A DNA stretch of 64,000 bases from Octopus sinensis (lineage: Eukaryota), in contig NC_042998.1 in assembly GCF_006345805.1 (NCBI RefSeq), positions 157,852,001-157,916,000 of the forward strand, read 5' to 3'. Below are positions 28,138 through 42,710 of this stretch, one piece after another. Under the pieces are notes generated by a model. It did no database searches. It was not told the origin of the DNA and saw only the letters and a program-made list of their open reading frames with translations. The position numbers were made by a program, and so were the translations under genes. Positions within the stretch are counted from its first letter, which is position 1. Each line of letters opens with the position of its first letter.

Positions 28138-31100
28138 AGCTCCGGGCTAAGTAGCAACATGGACGTCCACTAAGCAGCTCCCGCCACAAAACCAACTTTA
28201 TCCAATAACATTGGTGCAATGGAAGGAAAACTTTGCGACAACTATGGGAAAAGTGCTGTTATAGCAAAGGAACTAAAAATTCGGAAAGATTTTTGTTACA
28301 TACAGTGTAGTTACTTTCTTAAATGAGTAGGTAGGCCATCTCAAGAGAGACACACCGCAAACTCTTACAGTATATGGAGAACACGGAATCAAGACAGTAG
28401 GCCCTATTTGGACGAGAACAAATTAGCAAATGTGAGGAGGGATATCCTTAGAAATAACAGACTCACAGACAGTGAAATAAGCGCGATCAAGCATGCAACG
28501 GAAAATGACATAAATATAAGACACAAAGGAAATGAAGAATCAGATGAACAGTATAGCCCGCCACTAGGCTTAATTGAAAGACTGCCATCTGACCAAAGTA
28601 CGCAAAGGCCTGAAGATACAAGAAATTCTATTGTACCTGTTAAAGATAGCCAGGAAAACGAAAAAAAAACAACAGTAACTGAAGATCTCGCATTTGCTGA
28701 AGAACACAGAGAGTCTATGGCAGAAATGAGGCAGAAAATCCTGAATACGCTTGAAGTTGTAAGACATACAAGTATGAATGATAGAGAACCACTTCATAAA
28801 CTCTCAAATACAAACCAAAATAAAAAACAAATCCAAATTGGCAACTATGTAACAAATGAAATAATACGAGAATTAAAACCTGATTTTACTGAGTTAAATG
28901 AAATTATTTACGCTTCTGCTAGGGCAATTGAAACCAGCTGTATGCCCCCGAAAAAACAAAGAAAACCAAACCTGGGAAGAAATCAAATCTGGAGAAGTAA
29001 AATTGAAAGAGATTGAATTTATGAGAGGGGAAATATCAATATTAAATGAACTAATATGTAGAAATGATGTAAGATCCAGAACAGGAAGAAAGATGAAGAG
29101 AAAATTTGGATCCTCACCAAGAGAAGAACTGATATCAATAAAAGAAACGCTGAAACAAAAAGCCCAAGCAAAAGCCCAAAGAATACGAAGATTTGAGAAG
29201 AGAAACAAGTTTTACAAGCAAAATAAGCTGTTCACATCCAATGCCAAAAAATTCTACAGAGAAATAGGGAAGGAGAAAGTAACCGTTAAAGACCCTCCTC
29301 TCATGGAAGAAGTTCAAAACTTTTGGAAAAGGATTTGGAGTGACAAGAAGACGTACAACATAAATGCAGACTGGGTTATACAAACTGAAGGATCCTACCA
29401 AAATTTACAACAACAAGCATGGGAAGACATCACAATAGCAGACCTAAGAAAGGCACTCACTAAGGCCCATAATTGGAAATCCTCCGGTAAAGATAGGGTG
29501 CCGAATTTCTGGCTCGCATCGCTCCCATGCGCACACGGTAAGCTAGTTCAGCTGCTCAATGGAATTATGAGAGACCCAAAGAAAACACCTGAATGGTTAG
29601 CAAGTGGCATTACTTACCTACTCCCAAAGAATAACGAAACCAACCTTCCAAAATACTATCGGCCTATAACCTGTCTATCCACCACGTATAAAATCCTAAC
29701 ATCTATCCTGGCGGAGAGAACATATGCATTCATGGAGAAGAACGATATTTTCCCCATTGAACAAAAAGGGTGCCGCCGAGGCTCTTACGGATGCAAAGAT
29801 CAACTGCTAATCAATCGTATGATCCTTGAGAACTGTCACAACAAGCGAAGAAATCTCAGCTCCGCATGGATTGACTATAAAAAGGCCTTCGACAGTATAC
29901 CGCATCCATGGATCTTGAGATCGATGGACATCTTCAAAATGTCCCCTGTGATTTCAAACTTCCTGAAGCACAATATGTCGTTGTGGAATACGAATCTCTA
30001 ATTATACCACTCTAATGGAGTACTTGCCTCAGAAAATATAAACATCAACTGTGGAATTTTTCAAGGTGACTCACTTACACCTTTACTATTCTGCATAGCC
30101 CTAATACCCCTTACAAGTGAATTAAACAGAACAGGGTATGGGTATAAAATTGCTAATAAAAAATAAGCCATCTATTTTATATGGATGACTTAAAACTTTA
30201 TGGTAAAGACAATAATGAACTTGAAGGCCTATTGCGCACCGTGAAAGCATTCAGCGATGACATCGGGATGGAGTTTGGACTTGAGAAGTGTGCCAAGGCC
30301 ACTTTCTAGAAAGGGAAAGTGAAGACTACAAATTCAGTCGTGTTAGATGTTGACACAGTCATAAGAGACCTTGAGCAAGAATAAACATACAAATATTTAG
30401 GGATAAATGAAGGCTCTGGTATTCAGCATGCAAGCATGAAAGAGAAGATCAGGAAGGAATGTTATAGGAGAGTTCGTGCAGTCCTGAAATCTGAACTAAA
30501 TGCACGTAACAAGGTGTTAGCTATAAATTCCTTTGCAGTTCCAGTTGTTACTTATAGCTACAATGTGTTGAACTGGAATATGAGTGAAGTAAAGAATATA
30601 GATAGGAAAATACGCAAGCTGCTGAGTTGTAATAGGATGCACCACCCAAAGGCAGACGTAGATCGCCTTTACCTTCCCAGAGCCCAAGGAGGTCGAGGCC
30701 TGATCCAATTTGAACTAGCTTACAAAACAACCACAATTGGACTGGCCAAATATCTCGAAATATCGAATGACTGGATGCTAAAGCTCGTGGAAAATCACGA
30801 GAGACGGAAGAAGCTTCATTCTATCATAAAGGAAAGCAAAAAATTTGCTATTGATCTCGTGCAGGATACCCAAACTGAACAACCCGAGGAAAGTACGGCA
30901 ACTATTGTTGCAAAGAAGGTGAAAATAATGGCAACGAAAAGAGCGCACGAGCAATTGGCTGATAGGTGGGAGGAGAAACCTCTGCGCGGCAAATATGTGA
31001 CCCGCAGTAAACAAGCTGATGTTGACAAGAAGCAAACCCATCAGTGGCTACAGAGCTCAGGGCTAAAAGCAGAGAGCGAAGGTTTCATCCTGGCTGCTCA

Positions 31101-31898
31101 AGATCAAAGCCTATTAACCCGGAACTACCAGGCCAATGTGATGAAAAATGGAGCAGACCCAAAATGCCGATTCTGCAACGACATGATTGAAACAGTGGAC
31201 CACCTAATCTCTGGATGTAAAGTCTTAGCACCAGTGGAGTATAAATTAAGACATGACAGAGTTGGCCAATATCTACATTGGCTAATAAGTTGGCATTACA
31301 ATATCAAAACTGCCAACAAGTGGTATAATCACCACCCTGAGGCTGTAACTGAAGGAGAAAATGTAACCATTCTGTGGGACTTTCCAGTACATACAGACCG
31401 AACCATCAAGGCCAATAAACCAGATATTGTTGTGAAAGACCAAAGCAATAAAGTTTGCTTATTGATCGACATGAGCATCCCCTGTGATCATAATATCTCA
31501 GCGAAAGAGTTTGACAAGCTCAGAAAATATAAAGACCTACTCATTGAAATTGAGAAAATGTGGCATCTCAAGGCGGTTACAGTGCCAGTGATCGTAGGAG
31601 CACTAGGAATGATCAAGAAGGGAACCGAAAATTATATGAGAATGATCCTTGGCTTACCATCCCTGCAAGAAGTGCAAAAGATTGTCTTAACTGGTACATC
31701 ACACGTATTGAGAAGAGCATTGTCGATGTGAGAACTGTTGCTGCTCATGTATTTTAATTTAACTTAAAAAAAAAAAAATGAATGAACTATTGAGTTTGGT
31801 TTAATGGCCTACCAATGTACACTATGAGTTTCTTTGCCCTAGGTGTCGGGAAGACACTCGGCAAGAAATGGAAGCAAATTTGAAAGAAGAAAAAAAAG
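28138..31898 (+). mobile_element. R4/Dong-type RLE non-LTR retrotransposon, near full length, disrupted
   Basis: RT motifs RPITCL, EQKGC, WIDYKKAFDSIPH, FQGDSL, YMDDLKLY; CCHC CRFC..HLISGC; RHD; RLE KPDIVV..LIDMSIP..K..KY; flanked by (AAT)n; stops near 30001, 30307 and 30381. Confidence 0.93.
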
Positions 31899-31906
31899 TA
31901 ATAACG

Positions 31907-31979
<73 letters not shown>
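31899..31979. repeat. (TAA)n tract between two RLE elements
   Basis: Direct inspection. Confidence 0.95.
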
Positions 31980-33605
<1,626 letters not shown>

Positions 33606-33613
33606 TAATAATA

Positions 33614-33655
<42 letters not shown>

Positions 33656-33893
33656 AAATAATAATAATACTTTCTACTACAGGCACAAAGCCTGACATTC
33701 GTGAGGATGAGGAAGTCGATCACATTGAACCAGTACTCAACTGGTACTTAGTTTGTCGACTCTCAAAGATGATAAGCAAAAAGGCGATATCGGTGAGTTC
33801 AAATTCCACTTCGCCCTTCATCATTGAGTGCTGGGGTCGATGTAATTGACTTTCCCTCTTCCTCCAAAATTTCAGTCATTGGTAGAAATAATA

Positions 33894-35163
33894 TTAGGTC
33901 GTCAAGTAAGAGATTTATAGGAAAGTATATGGTAAACTTTGACAGCTGCTCATTTTGTCCTATTATTATATTTTGACTATCTATATTTTTTGTTAGAAAG
34001 CTGACACATCTATTTCTTTATTCTAACTCATTTTGCGCTTTATAAAGTATATATAAATGGTTTCTTGTTACTTTTGTTTAGATATGGTTAAGTCGGAAAT
34101 TCGTACAGTTTTGAAATATGAGTTCATTCTTGGAAATACAGAATCACAGGCAGCTCGGAATATTAATGGAGATATTCATTTTAATGTTATTACACTGCAG
34201 ACAGTGTCAAATTGATTTGCAAAATTTCGTTCTAGTTACTTTGACCTCACAAATTAGCAATGCGGTCGACCAGAAACAAAGGTGAATAATTACGAGCTAA
34301 AAGCCACCGTGGAATCAGATACATTTCAAAGTGTCCGTGAATTATCGTTGTTGTTTGCTACTAGCAGGCAAATAATATTGACTCATCTAGTTCAAATCGG
34401 TAAAGTAAAACATTGGGATAAGTGGGTTCCACATGAACTCTATGAAAATCATAAACACCAACGTTTGAAAGCCGGTATTATGTTACTTTCTTGTCATAAA
34501 AATGAATCCTTTTTTAATTGAATTATAACATGCGATGAGAAATGTATCCAGTAAAACAACCGTAAACTTTCAGTACAATGGTTGGACAAAGACGAGCCAC
34601 CAAAACACAGTCCAAAAGGCAGAATTCATCAAAAGAAGCTGATGGTGTGTGTTTAGTGGTCTGGCGCAGGTGTGATCCATTATTATTTCTTTAAACCTAG
34701 GTCATCAATCATGGCCGAAGTATACTGCGGCCAAATGGACCAAGTGATGCAGAAACTTACAAAAAACTGCCTAGATTAGTCAACAGATCCACTCCTATTT
34801 TATTGCAAGACAACGCCAGATCACACATCGCAAAAATGACATTGGCGAAACTACAAGAGTTAGAGTTCTCAGTCATCCACTATACTCACTTGATCTTACC
34901 CCCACTTCTTCCAGAATTTGGATAATTTTTTGATAGGAAAAAATTTTTAATTCCGACGATGCTGTAAAACAGGCCTTCCAAGATTTTACTGACTCTACAT
35001 TTGCCAGACTTTTACAGTTCCGGGCTGGACATGCTACAGCCGAAATGGCAAAAGTATATTGACAATATGGGTGCATACTTTCATGAATAAAACTATTCCT
35101 TGTATTTATAAAACATTAGCAGTTTCTTTTTCTTTTCTACAAATTTCGTAATTGATGACCTAA
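33894..35163 (+). mobile_element. Mariner (DD34D-type) transposon, decayed, full length
   Basis: TA-flanked TIRs TTAGGTCGTCAAGTAAG / CGTAATTGATGACCTAA; ORF from 34084 with WVPHEL, IITCDEK, LLQDNAR; 1270 bp. Confidence 0.9.
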
Positions 35164-35173
35164 TAATAATAAT

Positions 35174-35254
<81 letters not shown>

Positions 35255-35339
35255 TACTATTACTGTCATTTTTATCATTATTATTACTACTATCATTATA
35301 TTAGAAAGAATCATTATTATTATTATTATTATTATTATT

Positions 35340-35870
35340 GAGTGAGATAGCAGTTCATGCCATCAAAGTGACACTGGGGTAAAATATACGAAGCCGTCTG
35401 ATAAGGGTACACTAGGCACATGCATCACAAACATATGTGCGCGACATGGTGATCTCATATTAAGATAAACAGCACATGACCTTGCAGGTGGGGCCCAGTT
35501 AGAATTTTCTTCAGGTTGAGTAGCCCATCCCGCTCAAACGGTCCCTGAATAAGGGTTGTTTAGGGATGTTGAAAGAACCACCCATGTTTCCAGAGGTGAA
35601 TTATTCAAACCCCAAAGAATCCCTCTCAACACATGGCTATGATGCTCTCCCAATACTTCTGCTCGTGATCAGAAATGCACATACCGTCAGCCACTAAGGG
35701 ACATGCTCAACTGGTTAAGGTCAAACAACTGACAAGCAAATCTGTGGTATTGAGCAGAATATTTGCTGTAGCCCATCTTTTATACCAAGACAAAACAATG
35801 TACATGATAACACTTCCAATCAGTTAAGATCAGAAGCCATGAGAGCCAATGCCTGGTACTGCATCAGGGC

Positions 35871-35873
<3 letters not shown>
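35340..35873 (-). mobile_element. ~530-bp non-coding (TAA)n-flanked interspersed element
   Basis: Copies at 40298-40862, 53988-54455, 56685-57075, 57236-57752 and 58018-58262; strand assigned by (TAA)n polarity matching the RLE elements. Confidence 0.85.
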
Positions 35874-35963
<90 letters not shown>

Positions 35964-36039
35964 CATCATCATCATCATTATCATTATTATTTTAACAAAG
36001 ATAATGATTATATTAATAATATAAATATTGTAAAATATA

Positions 36040-36575
36040 TAAAATATGTCAAGAATAAATGGCAAACAGTTCTACAGATACATACAAAAGGGAAAATTAT
36101 AAAAAAACTAAAACCCATCCCCATTCGAAAACAAAAATTGCAAGGGGAATTGAATTCTCCACTCCTGGCACTGACGCCATTAACTGAATGTTAAACAGAA
36201 CAGCATGTGGATACAAGTACTGTGGCAAAACAATCAACCATGTCTTGTATATTGATGAACTCAAGCTGTATACTGCAAATGACAAACAACCGGTAACATT
36301 ACTACAGATAGTGCATGGATTTACCAAAGAAAGAAATATGAAATTCGGCTTAGGAAGATATGCCCAAATAGCCTAGAAAAAGAGGAAAAACTAGTTAAGA
36401 TTAATAAGAAAGCTAGACTAAACCTAGACATACAAACACTTAGATTCGATGAATCAGATACGGGACAACACAGAAAAATGAAAGAAGATAGAGAAGAAAT
36501 ATTATAGATATGTTAGATTAGAACTAAAAATAGCACTCAATGAGAAAATCAAGATAGTGGGTCTCAATACCCATG
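36040..36575 (+). pseudogene. Decayed RT fragment, same subfamily as 36626-39619
   Basis: MLNRTACGYKYCGKTINHVLYIDELKLY vs MLNRTGCGYKCYGKTISHLLYMDDLKLY. Confidence 0.85.
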
Positions 36576-36578
36576 CTG

Positions 36579-36625
<47 letters not shown>

Positions 36626-36628
<3 letters not shown>

Positions 36629-39619
36629 TAGTTTTATTTTTATTTTTATAGCGTGCTTTCACTTCACTACCGAGCGCAGCTCTGTGTGCCTTGGGTATGT
36701 GATGTGATTTGTTGTGATGCTCTGATGGTTATTGTATGGAAAGTGTTCTGCGTAGGATGTGTGCAGTGCCCAGTAGTGCAATTTTCTGTATGTTATATGT
36801 GTTTGTAAGTCCTGGTGTTTTTGTTATGTATTTGTCTGAATATTTTTTTATCATGCCTAATGCACCTACTATGATAGGAATTGTTTCTGTTTTCAGATTC
36901 CACATTCTAGTTACCTCTATTTCCAGGTCTTTGTATTTTGAGAGTTTCTCCATTTCTTTTAGAGACGCGTTGTCATCTGCCGGTACTGATACATCAATTA
37001 GAAAGCATTTTTTTCTTCATGGTCTCTGACAACTATATCTGGTCTGTTGGCCTGAATTTCTCTATCTGTGTGTATCGGCATATCCCAGAGTATGGTTGCT
37101 TTCTCGTTTTCTGTGACCTTTTCTGGTGTGTGCCTATACCATCTTTTTTCTGTTGTTATTCCATAATGTTGGCATAGCTTCCAATGTATGTAAGTTCCAA
37201 CTCTGTCATGTCTGTGAATATATTCCTTCTTAGCCAAGACTGGGCAGCTAGAGATAATATGATTTATTGTTTCTTGTCCATCTCCACATATTCTGCAGTT
37301 ACTTGTAATATTTCTTTTCATTACATGTTTTTGGTAATTTCTGGTGGGGAGGCTTTGGTCTTGTGCTGCAATTAAAAATCCCTCTGTTTCTGCTTTGAGT
37401 CCTGAGCTTCTCAACCATTGCTGGGATTTTTCTTTGTCTATTTCTTTTGCGTTTAGTTTAGTCCAGTATTTACCATGAAGGGGCTTTTCTTGCCATCGTT
37501 TTATCATGGTTCGTTGCAGTTCTATTTTTAGTTTGGATTTCATTTGTTTTATAGCTTTTGTTGTTTCTTCATCTTCTTCTTCTTCTTCATGTTTATTAGG
37601 TGGTATGATTTCTTGTTTGTATTTGTCAGCTTCCTTAAATACTGAGAACAGTTTTTTGTTTTGCTCGTGTTTTGCCGCTATCTGGATCAGTTTTCCTTCC
37701 TTCTGAAGTAGGTATTTTTGCAGTCCTATGGTGGTTATTTTATAGTAGTTTTCCAGCTGTATAAGGCCTCTACCACCTTCTATACGTTGTATATATAGTC
37801 TTTCTATGTCAGATTTTGGGTGATGCATCCTAGATCCTGTCATTATTTTTCTTGTTTTCCTATCTATTTTGGTCAGTTCATTTCGTGTCCAGTTAAGGAT
37901 ATTGTAGCTGTAACTTATAACTGGGACAGCTAAAGTGTTAATACCAGTTATCTTGTTTTTAGCATTGAGCTCTGTTTTTAGTATTGATCTAACTCTCGTC
38001 TATAATATTCTTTTTTTTATTTTCTCTTTCATTTGTGTGTGTTGTGTCTTATCTAGTTCATGGATTCCTAAGTATTTGTAAGTTTGGCTTTGGTCTAATT
38101 CTTTTATTTCATTGGTTTTATCTAGTGTGATGTTGTTACTCTTAACTAGTTTTCCTCTTTTCATGGTTACTTTGGCGCATTTTTCTAATCCAAATTTCAT
38201 ATCTATTTCTTTGGTAAATCCATGAACTGTCTTTAATAGTGTTCCAGCTGTTTGTCATTTGCAGCGTATAGTTTTAGGTCATCCATATATAAAAGGTGGC
38301 TGATCGTTTTGCCGTAACATTTATATCCGCATCCAGTTCTATTTAGCATATCAGATAGAGGTGACAGTGCCAAGCAGAAAAGGAGTGGAGAGAGCGTGTC
38401 TCCCTGGAATATTCCTCTTCTAATGGGGATGTCTTTGGTTTTCATGAGTCCCTCTTTTGTTTGGAGGTGTAGGACTGTTTGCCATTTATTCATAGAGTGC
38501 TCTATGAATTTTATGATTGTTGGTGCTACTTTGTTAATGGCTAGTGTTTCGAGGATCCATGTGTGGGGGATGCTATCAAACGCCTTTTTGTAGTCAATCC
38601 AGGCCATACTGAGGCCTTTGTTCTTTCTGTGGCTGTCTTCAGTTATGGCTTTATTAATCATTAGTTGATCTTTACAGCCATATGAGCCTTTGCGGCATCC
38701 TTTCTGCTCTTCTGGGAACAGTTTGTTTTCGTCCAGGTGCTTGTTCAGCCTTTGTGATATCACTGCAGTAAATGCCTTGCACATAGTAGGGAGGCAGGTT
38801 ATTGGTCTGTAGTTTTCTGGTTTTTCTGTTTCATTTGATTTGGGAATTAAGATGGTTTTCCCCTTCGTGAGCCATTCAGGCATTGTCTCTGGCTCTGCTA
38901 GTACGTTGTTAAAGTTTTCAGCCAGCTTTTTGTGCATTCCTGTTAGATATTTCAACCAGAAGTTGGGGATCTTGTCATGCCCAGGTGCCTTCCAGTTGCT
39001 TAGTCTTTGCAGTGCCTGGGTGACCTCTTCAGTTGTTATGGGGGTCCAAAGTTGTTCAGATGCCGAGTTTGTTATTCTGATACTCCTTTTTTTTGGTGGT
39101 TCGTTCGCCGACCATATTTCTCCCCAGAATTCTTCCAATTCTTCTGCCGTTGGTGCTGCAGTGACTTCTATTTTATTTTTTCCCAGTGCTTGGTAGAACT
39201 TTTTGGGGTTGGAGTTGAACTTTTTGTTTTCTTCAAAGAAGCGTTGGCGTTTCTTGTACCGGCGGATCCTTGTGCTTTGGCAACGATATCTTGCTTCAGC
39301 TTTTCTTTTATTTCAGGCAAATCTTTCTCTGTGATGTTATATTTGCGGAGTATTTTTGTTCTCTTTTTGTTGCTCAGTAGCGTTGATTGTTTGCTGATTT
39401 CATTAAGAATCGACAGGTCTTTTCTAATTTTTTTTATTTTGCTTTGGATGTTATTTATCCACAGGGTTTGTTTGGGTGGTGGTACTCCTGTTTGGGCGGG
39501 TTTGGGTGAGTATCCAGCTTCTTTTGTGGCTGCAGTGGCTGCTGCGTATATTAGGTTATTTAGCTCAGTGATATCACTTTTTTTTTATTCAGTGGCTATC
39601 AGTTCAGTGACGGCTAGGT
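36626..39619 (-). mobile_element. R4/Dong-type RLE element, third subfamily, 5'-truncated
   Basis: ORFs 38233-39138 (RT), 38000-38200, 36998-37843 (CRIC..HIISSC, RHD, NRPD) and 36729-36953; TTA tracts at both ends. Confidence 0.95.
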
Positions 39620-39649
39620 TTATTATTATTATCATTATCATTATTATTT

Positions 39650-40297
39650 CTCTTTATCACAGATTTTGTTCGCGCTCTTGGAGTCATTCATGCGTAGCGG
39701 GCTTACTACCTGCAGCTTACGGTGCCATGGTATTCGTTCTTTTCAGCTATCTAATACTCTCCCGCTTATTCTCGCTGTGCAAAGGAGGCAAACCTTTTGT
39801 AACAGTTCCACTAGGCACTCTATTCCAATTTCCCTTATATTTCCCTTGGCGCCTTCTTATACTGTTGCCAAGGACCCAATAATAATTGGCACTATGTTCA
39901 CCATCTTCATTTTCCATAGCCGAGATATTTCGTACTTGATAGGGTTGTATCTATCTACCTTTTTGATTTCCTTCTTGAATTTTCGTTGACCCACTAGGTC
40001 TGGTCTGTTATGCTCTAGCAACTGATCTGTTTGGATTGGGAAATCCCAGAGAATTTTGCTAGTCTCCAAATCTACACTCTTTGCGGTTTCTTCTCATACC
40101 ATTCTTTCCCCTCTTTAGCGGCCACTTTTCGCACAGATTCCAATGTAGTACTTTGGCTACCTGATCGTGTCACCACAACTTGTGGTTTTGGACAAGTCTA
40201 GGGCATTCGTTCGTAATATGGGAAATGGTTTCGTCCACTCTATTGCAAATGCGGCACAGTGGTGACACTTGCTCACTTCTAAGTTTGACCCTAAGTT
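39650..40297 (-). mobile_element. RLE element 3' fragment, fourth subfamily
   Basis: SPLCRICNRVDETISHITNEC, KILWDFPIQTD..NRPDL, VPIIIGSLATV; own 3' UTR ending in TAA-like tract. Confidence 0.85.
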
Positions 40298-40862
40298 TGA
40301 GTGAGAGAACAGAGCATGCCATCAAAGTGACACTGGGGTACAAATATACGCAGCCCAATACACACATCATGATTAAACCTCTGATAAGGGTAAACCAGGC
40401 ACATGCATCACAACTTTATGTGCGTAACATGGTGATCTCATATCAAGATAAACAAAACATGATCTTGCAGGTGGGAACCAGTTAGAATTTTCTTTAGGTC
40501 GCATAGACCACACCATCCTGCTCAAAAGGACCTTGAATAAACGTTGTTTAAGGATGATAAACGAAACACCCATGTTTACAGAGGTGAATCATTCAAACCT
40601 CAAAGAATTCCTTTCAACACATGGTGATAATGCACCCCCACTACTTCAACTCGTGATCATAGATGAACATATCATCAGTCACCAAGGGACGTGCTTAACT
40701 AGTTGAGTTCAAACAGCTGACATGCAAATCTGTGATACTGAGCAGAATATTTGCTGTAGTCCATCCTTTATACCAAGCCGAAACATGTACATGATAGCAC
40801 TTCCAATCAGTTAAAATCAAAAGCCATGGCAGCCAATATCTCGTACTGCATCAAGGAATTCC
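40298..40862 (-). mobile_element. Copy of the ~530-bp TAA-associated element
   Basis: GCATGCCATCAAAGTGACACTGGGG..CACTTCCAATCAGTTAA. Confidence 0.85.
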
Positions 40863-40890
40863 TATTATTAATATTATTGTTGTTGTTGTT

Positions 40891-40931
<41 letters not shown>

Positions 40932-40950
40932 TATTATTATTATATTATTA

Positions 40951-40985
<35 letters not shown>

Positions 40986-41004
40986 TATTATTATTATTAT
41001 TATG

Positions 41005-41150
41005 AAGGCGGTGAGCAGGCACACTCGTTATCACACCGGGCGAACTGCTTTGCGGTATTTCGTCTGCCGCTACGTTCTGTGGTCAACGTTGTCTTTCATC
41101 CTTTCGGGGTCGATAAATTAAGTTCCAGTGAAATTCTGGGTTCATATCTT
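41005..41150 (+). mobile_element. tRNA-derived SINE family B (also ~61715-61900)
   Basis: GAAGGCGGTGAGC..GCGGTATTTCGTCTG..CATCCTTTCGGGGTCGATAAA. Confidence 0.65.
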
Positions 41151-42226
41151 CCCACAAAATGGCTTCCCCTGTGGCAAAATTTGAAACCATTATTATTATC
41201 AAGATCATGATGATGATGATGATCATCATCATCATCATTATTACAAATATGGCTTAAAGTTATTTGTACTCTCATTATAATAGCAACATCGCCGCCACTA
41301 CCACTGCCATTATCATCGCCATCATCTTTATCATCACTATCATCAGCATCAGCAAAAATAACATCGTCAATATAATCTCCACCAACTTCACCGTCATGGT
41401 CCTTATAATCATAAGTATTATTATGAGCTCGAAGATCCTCATCATTAGTGAAAGTTAATCCGCTGATAAGATAATAAAGACTTACCAACTCATTGTCAAT
41501 CAGCTTATAGTAAATAGCTAGCTTCAATGTTTTTCCCAGCCATTGGTCATATACGCCGTTGTAACAACATTTTTCTGCTTGCTTTTTCTCTTTTTCATCG
41601 TTTTGTATTATATAGACATAGTGATCTGTGTCTGCGTCCTGCAAGAATTACAACAAACTGCTATATTAATTATATGTACATATATATTGAATCTAGAAAT
41701 AATTCAAATATTACTGCGCACAATCACAATCTGAAAAGGGAAAAGCCTCACAAGTGCAGTATAATTATTCTAAAAACCCAACTTACAAACTTATATTGGA
41801 AAAGACATTAGTTCTTACAAAAAGTGAGGTATGTATTTCTTTCTAATTTAGGCGTTGTTTCTTTTTATCTAATTTTCATTCATATCCACGTTCTTGGTAT
41901 ATCTTTTGTAAACCAAACTTCAACTCTATATTCTTTTATTTATTGCATTGTTTTCGTTAACAACAGCCTTCTTGGAAAGAAAATGATATGCATGACAATT
42001 ATTTTTAAAAAATAGAGAAGACCCACTTTAAATTAAATAGCCCTTGTATTATATTATAGGGATTTAACTAATTCATTAATTGAATTCATCTCTGAAAGTT
42101 ATAATTTATTTACCTAGAAAACCCGTTCCATAGCAAATGTTTCTTAGGAACTCATCGTCTCCTAAGACTCTGGTTCCCAGCGAATCCTAGAATGACCTGC
42201 AGAGAGATAAGCTCTATTTATACATT

Positions 42227-42263
<37 letters not shown>

Positions 42264-42357
42264 CACACTCATATGTATACATGCATATACATACACGCAC
42301 ATGTCCGTATATATGTATAAGTATGTATCTGTATAAACGTGCGTGTGTGTATGTATG

Positions 42358-42393
<36 letters not shown>

Positions 42394-42610
42394 TCAATTT
42401 AGGGTAGCAAAAAATTCAGTAAAAATTTATCGCTACCAGCGGCCTAATGGAAAAGAGAAAATAGTCAAAGACTAAATATGTATAAATATAACAATTTAGG
42501 AATGGCCTAGACAGGCCATTCGTCCACTAGAAAGAGCAGCCATAACTCCAACCGCCAAGTAGTGTAATTCGGAAATAAGGTGAAAATTTAAAAACATTTA
42601 CCCTAATTCA

Positions 42611-42710
42611 TCTTTTATACGATGCATCGTTTCAGTGTCTTAATGATAGACCAGCTTAATTAAATTAAATTAAGCTAGTCTACCATAGGTCACACTTCAT
42701 CAGTAAAAGA
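42611..42710 (-). ncRNA. Type I hammerhead ribozyme (476-bp unit; one per forward unit)
   Basis: Reverse complement of 45123-45223. Confidence 0.85.

Noticed and set aside
28138-28200. HDV-like ribozyme at the 5' end of the R4/Dong element or the 530-bp element
   Set aside because: Could not build the nested double pseudoknot by hand; needs an RNAMotif search.
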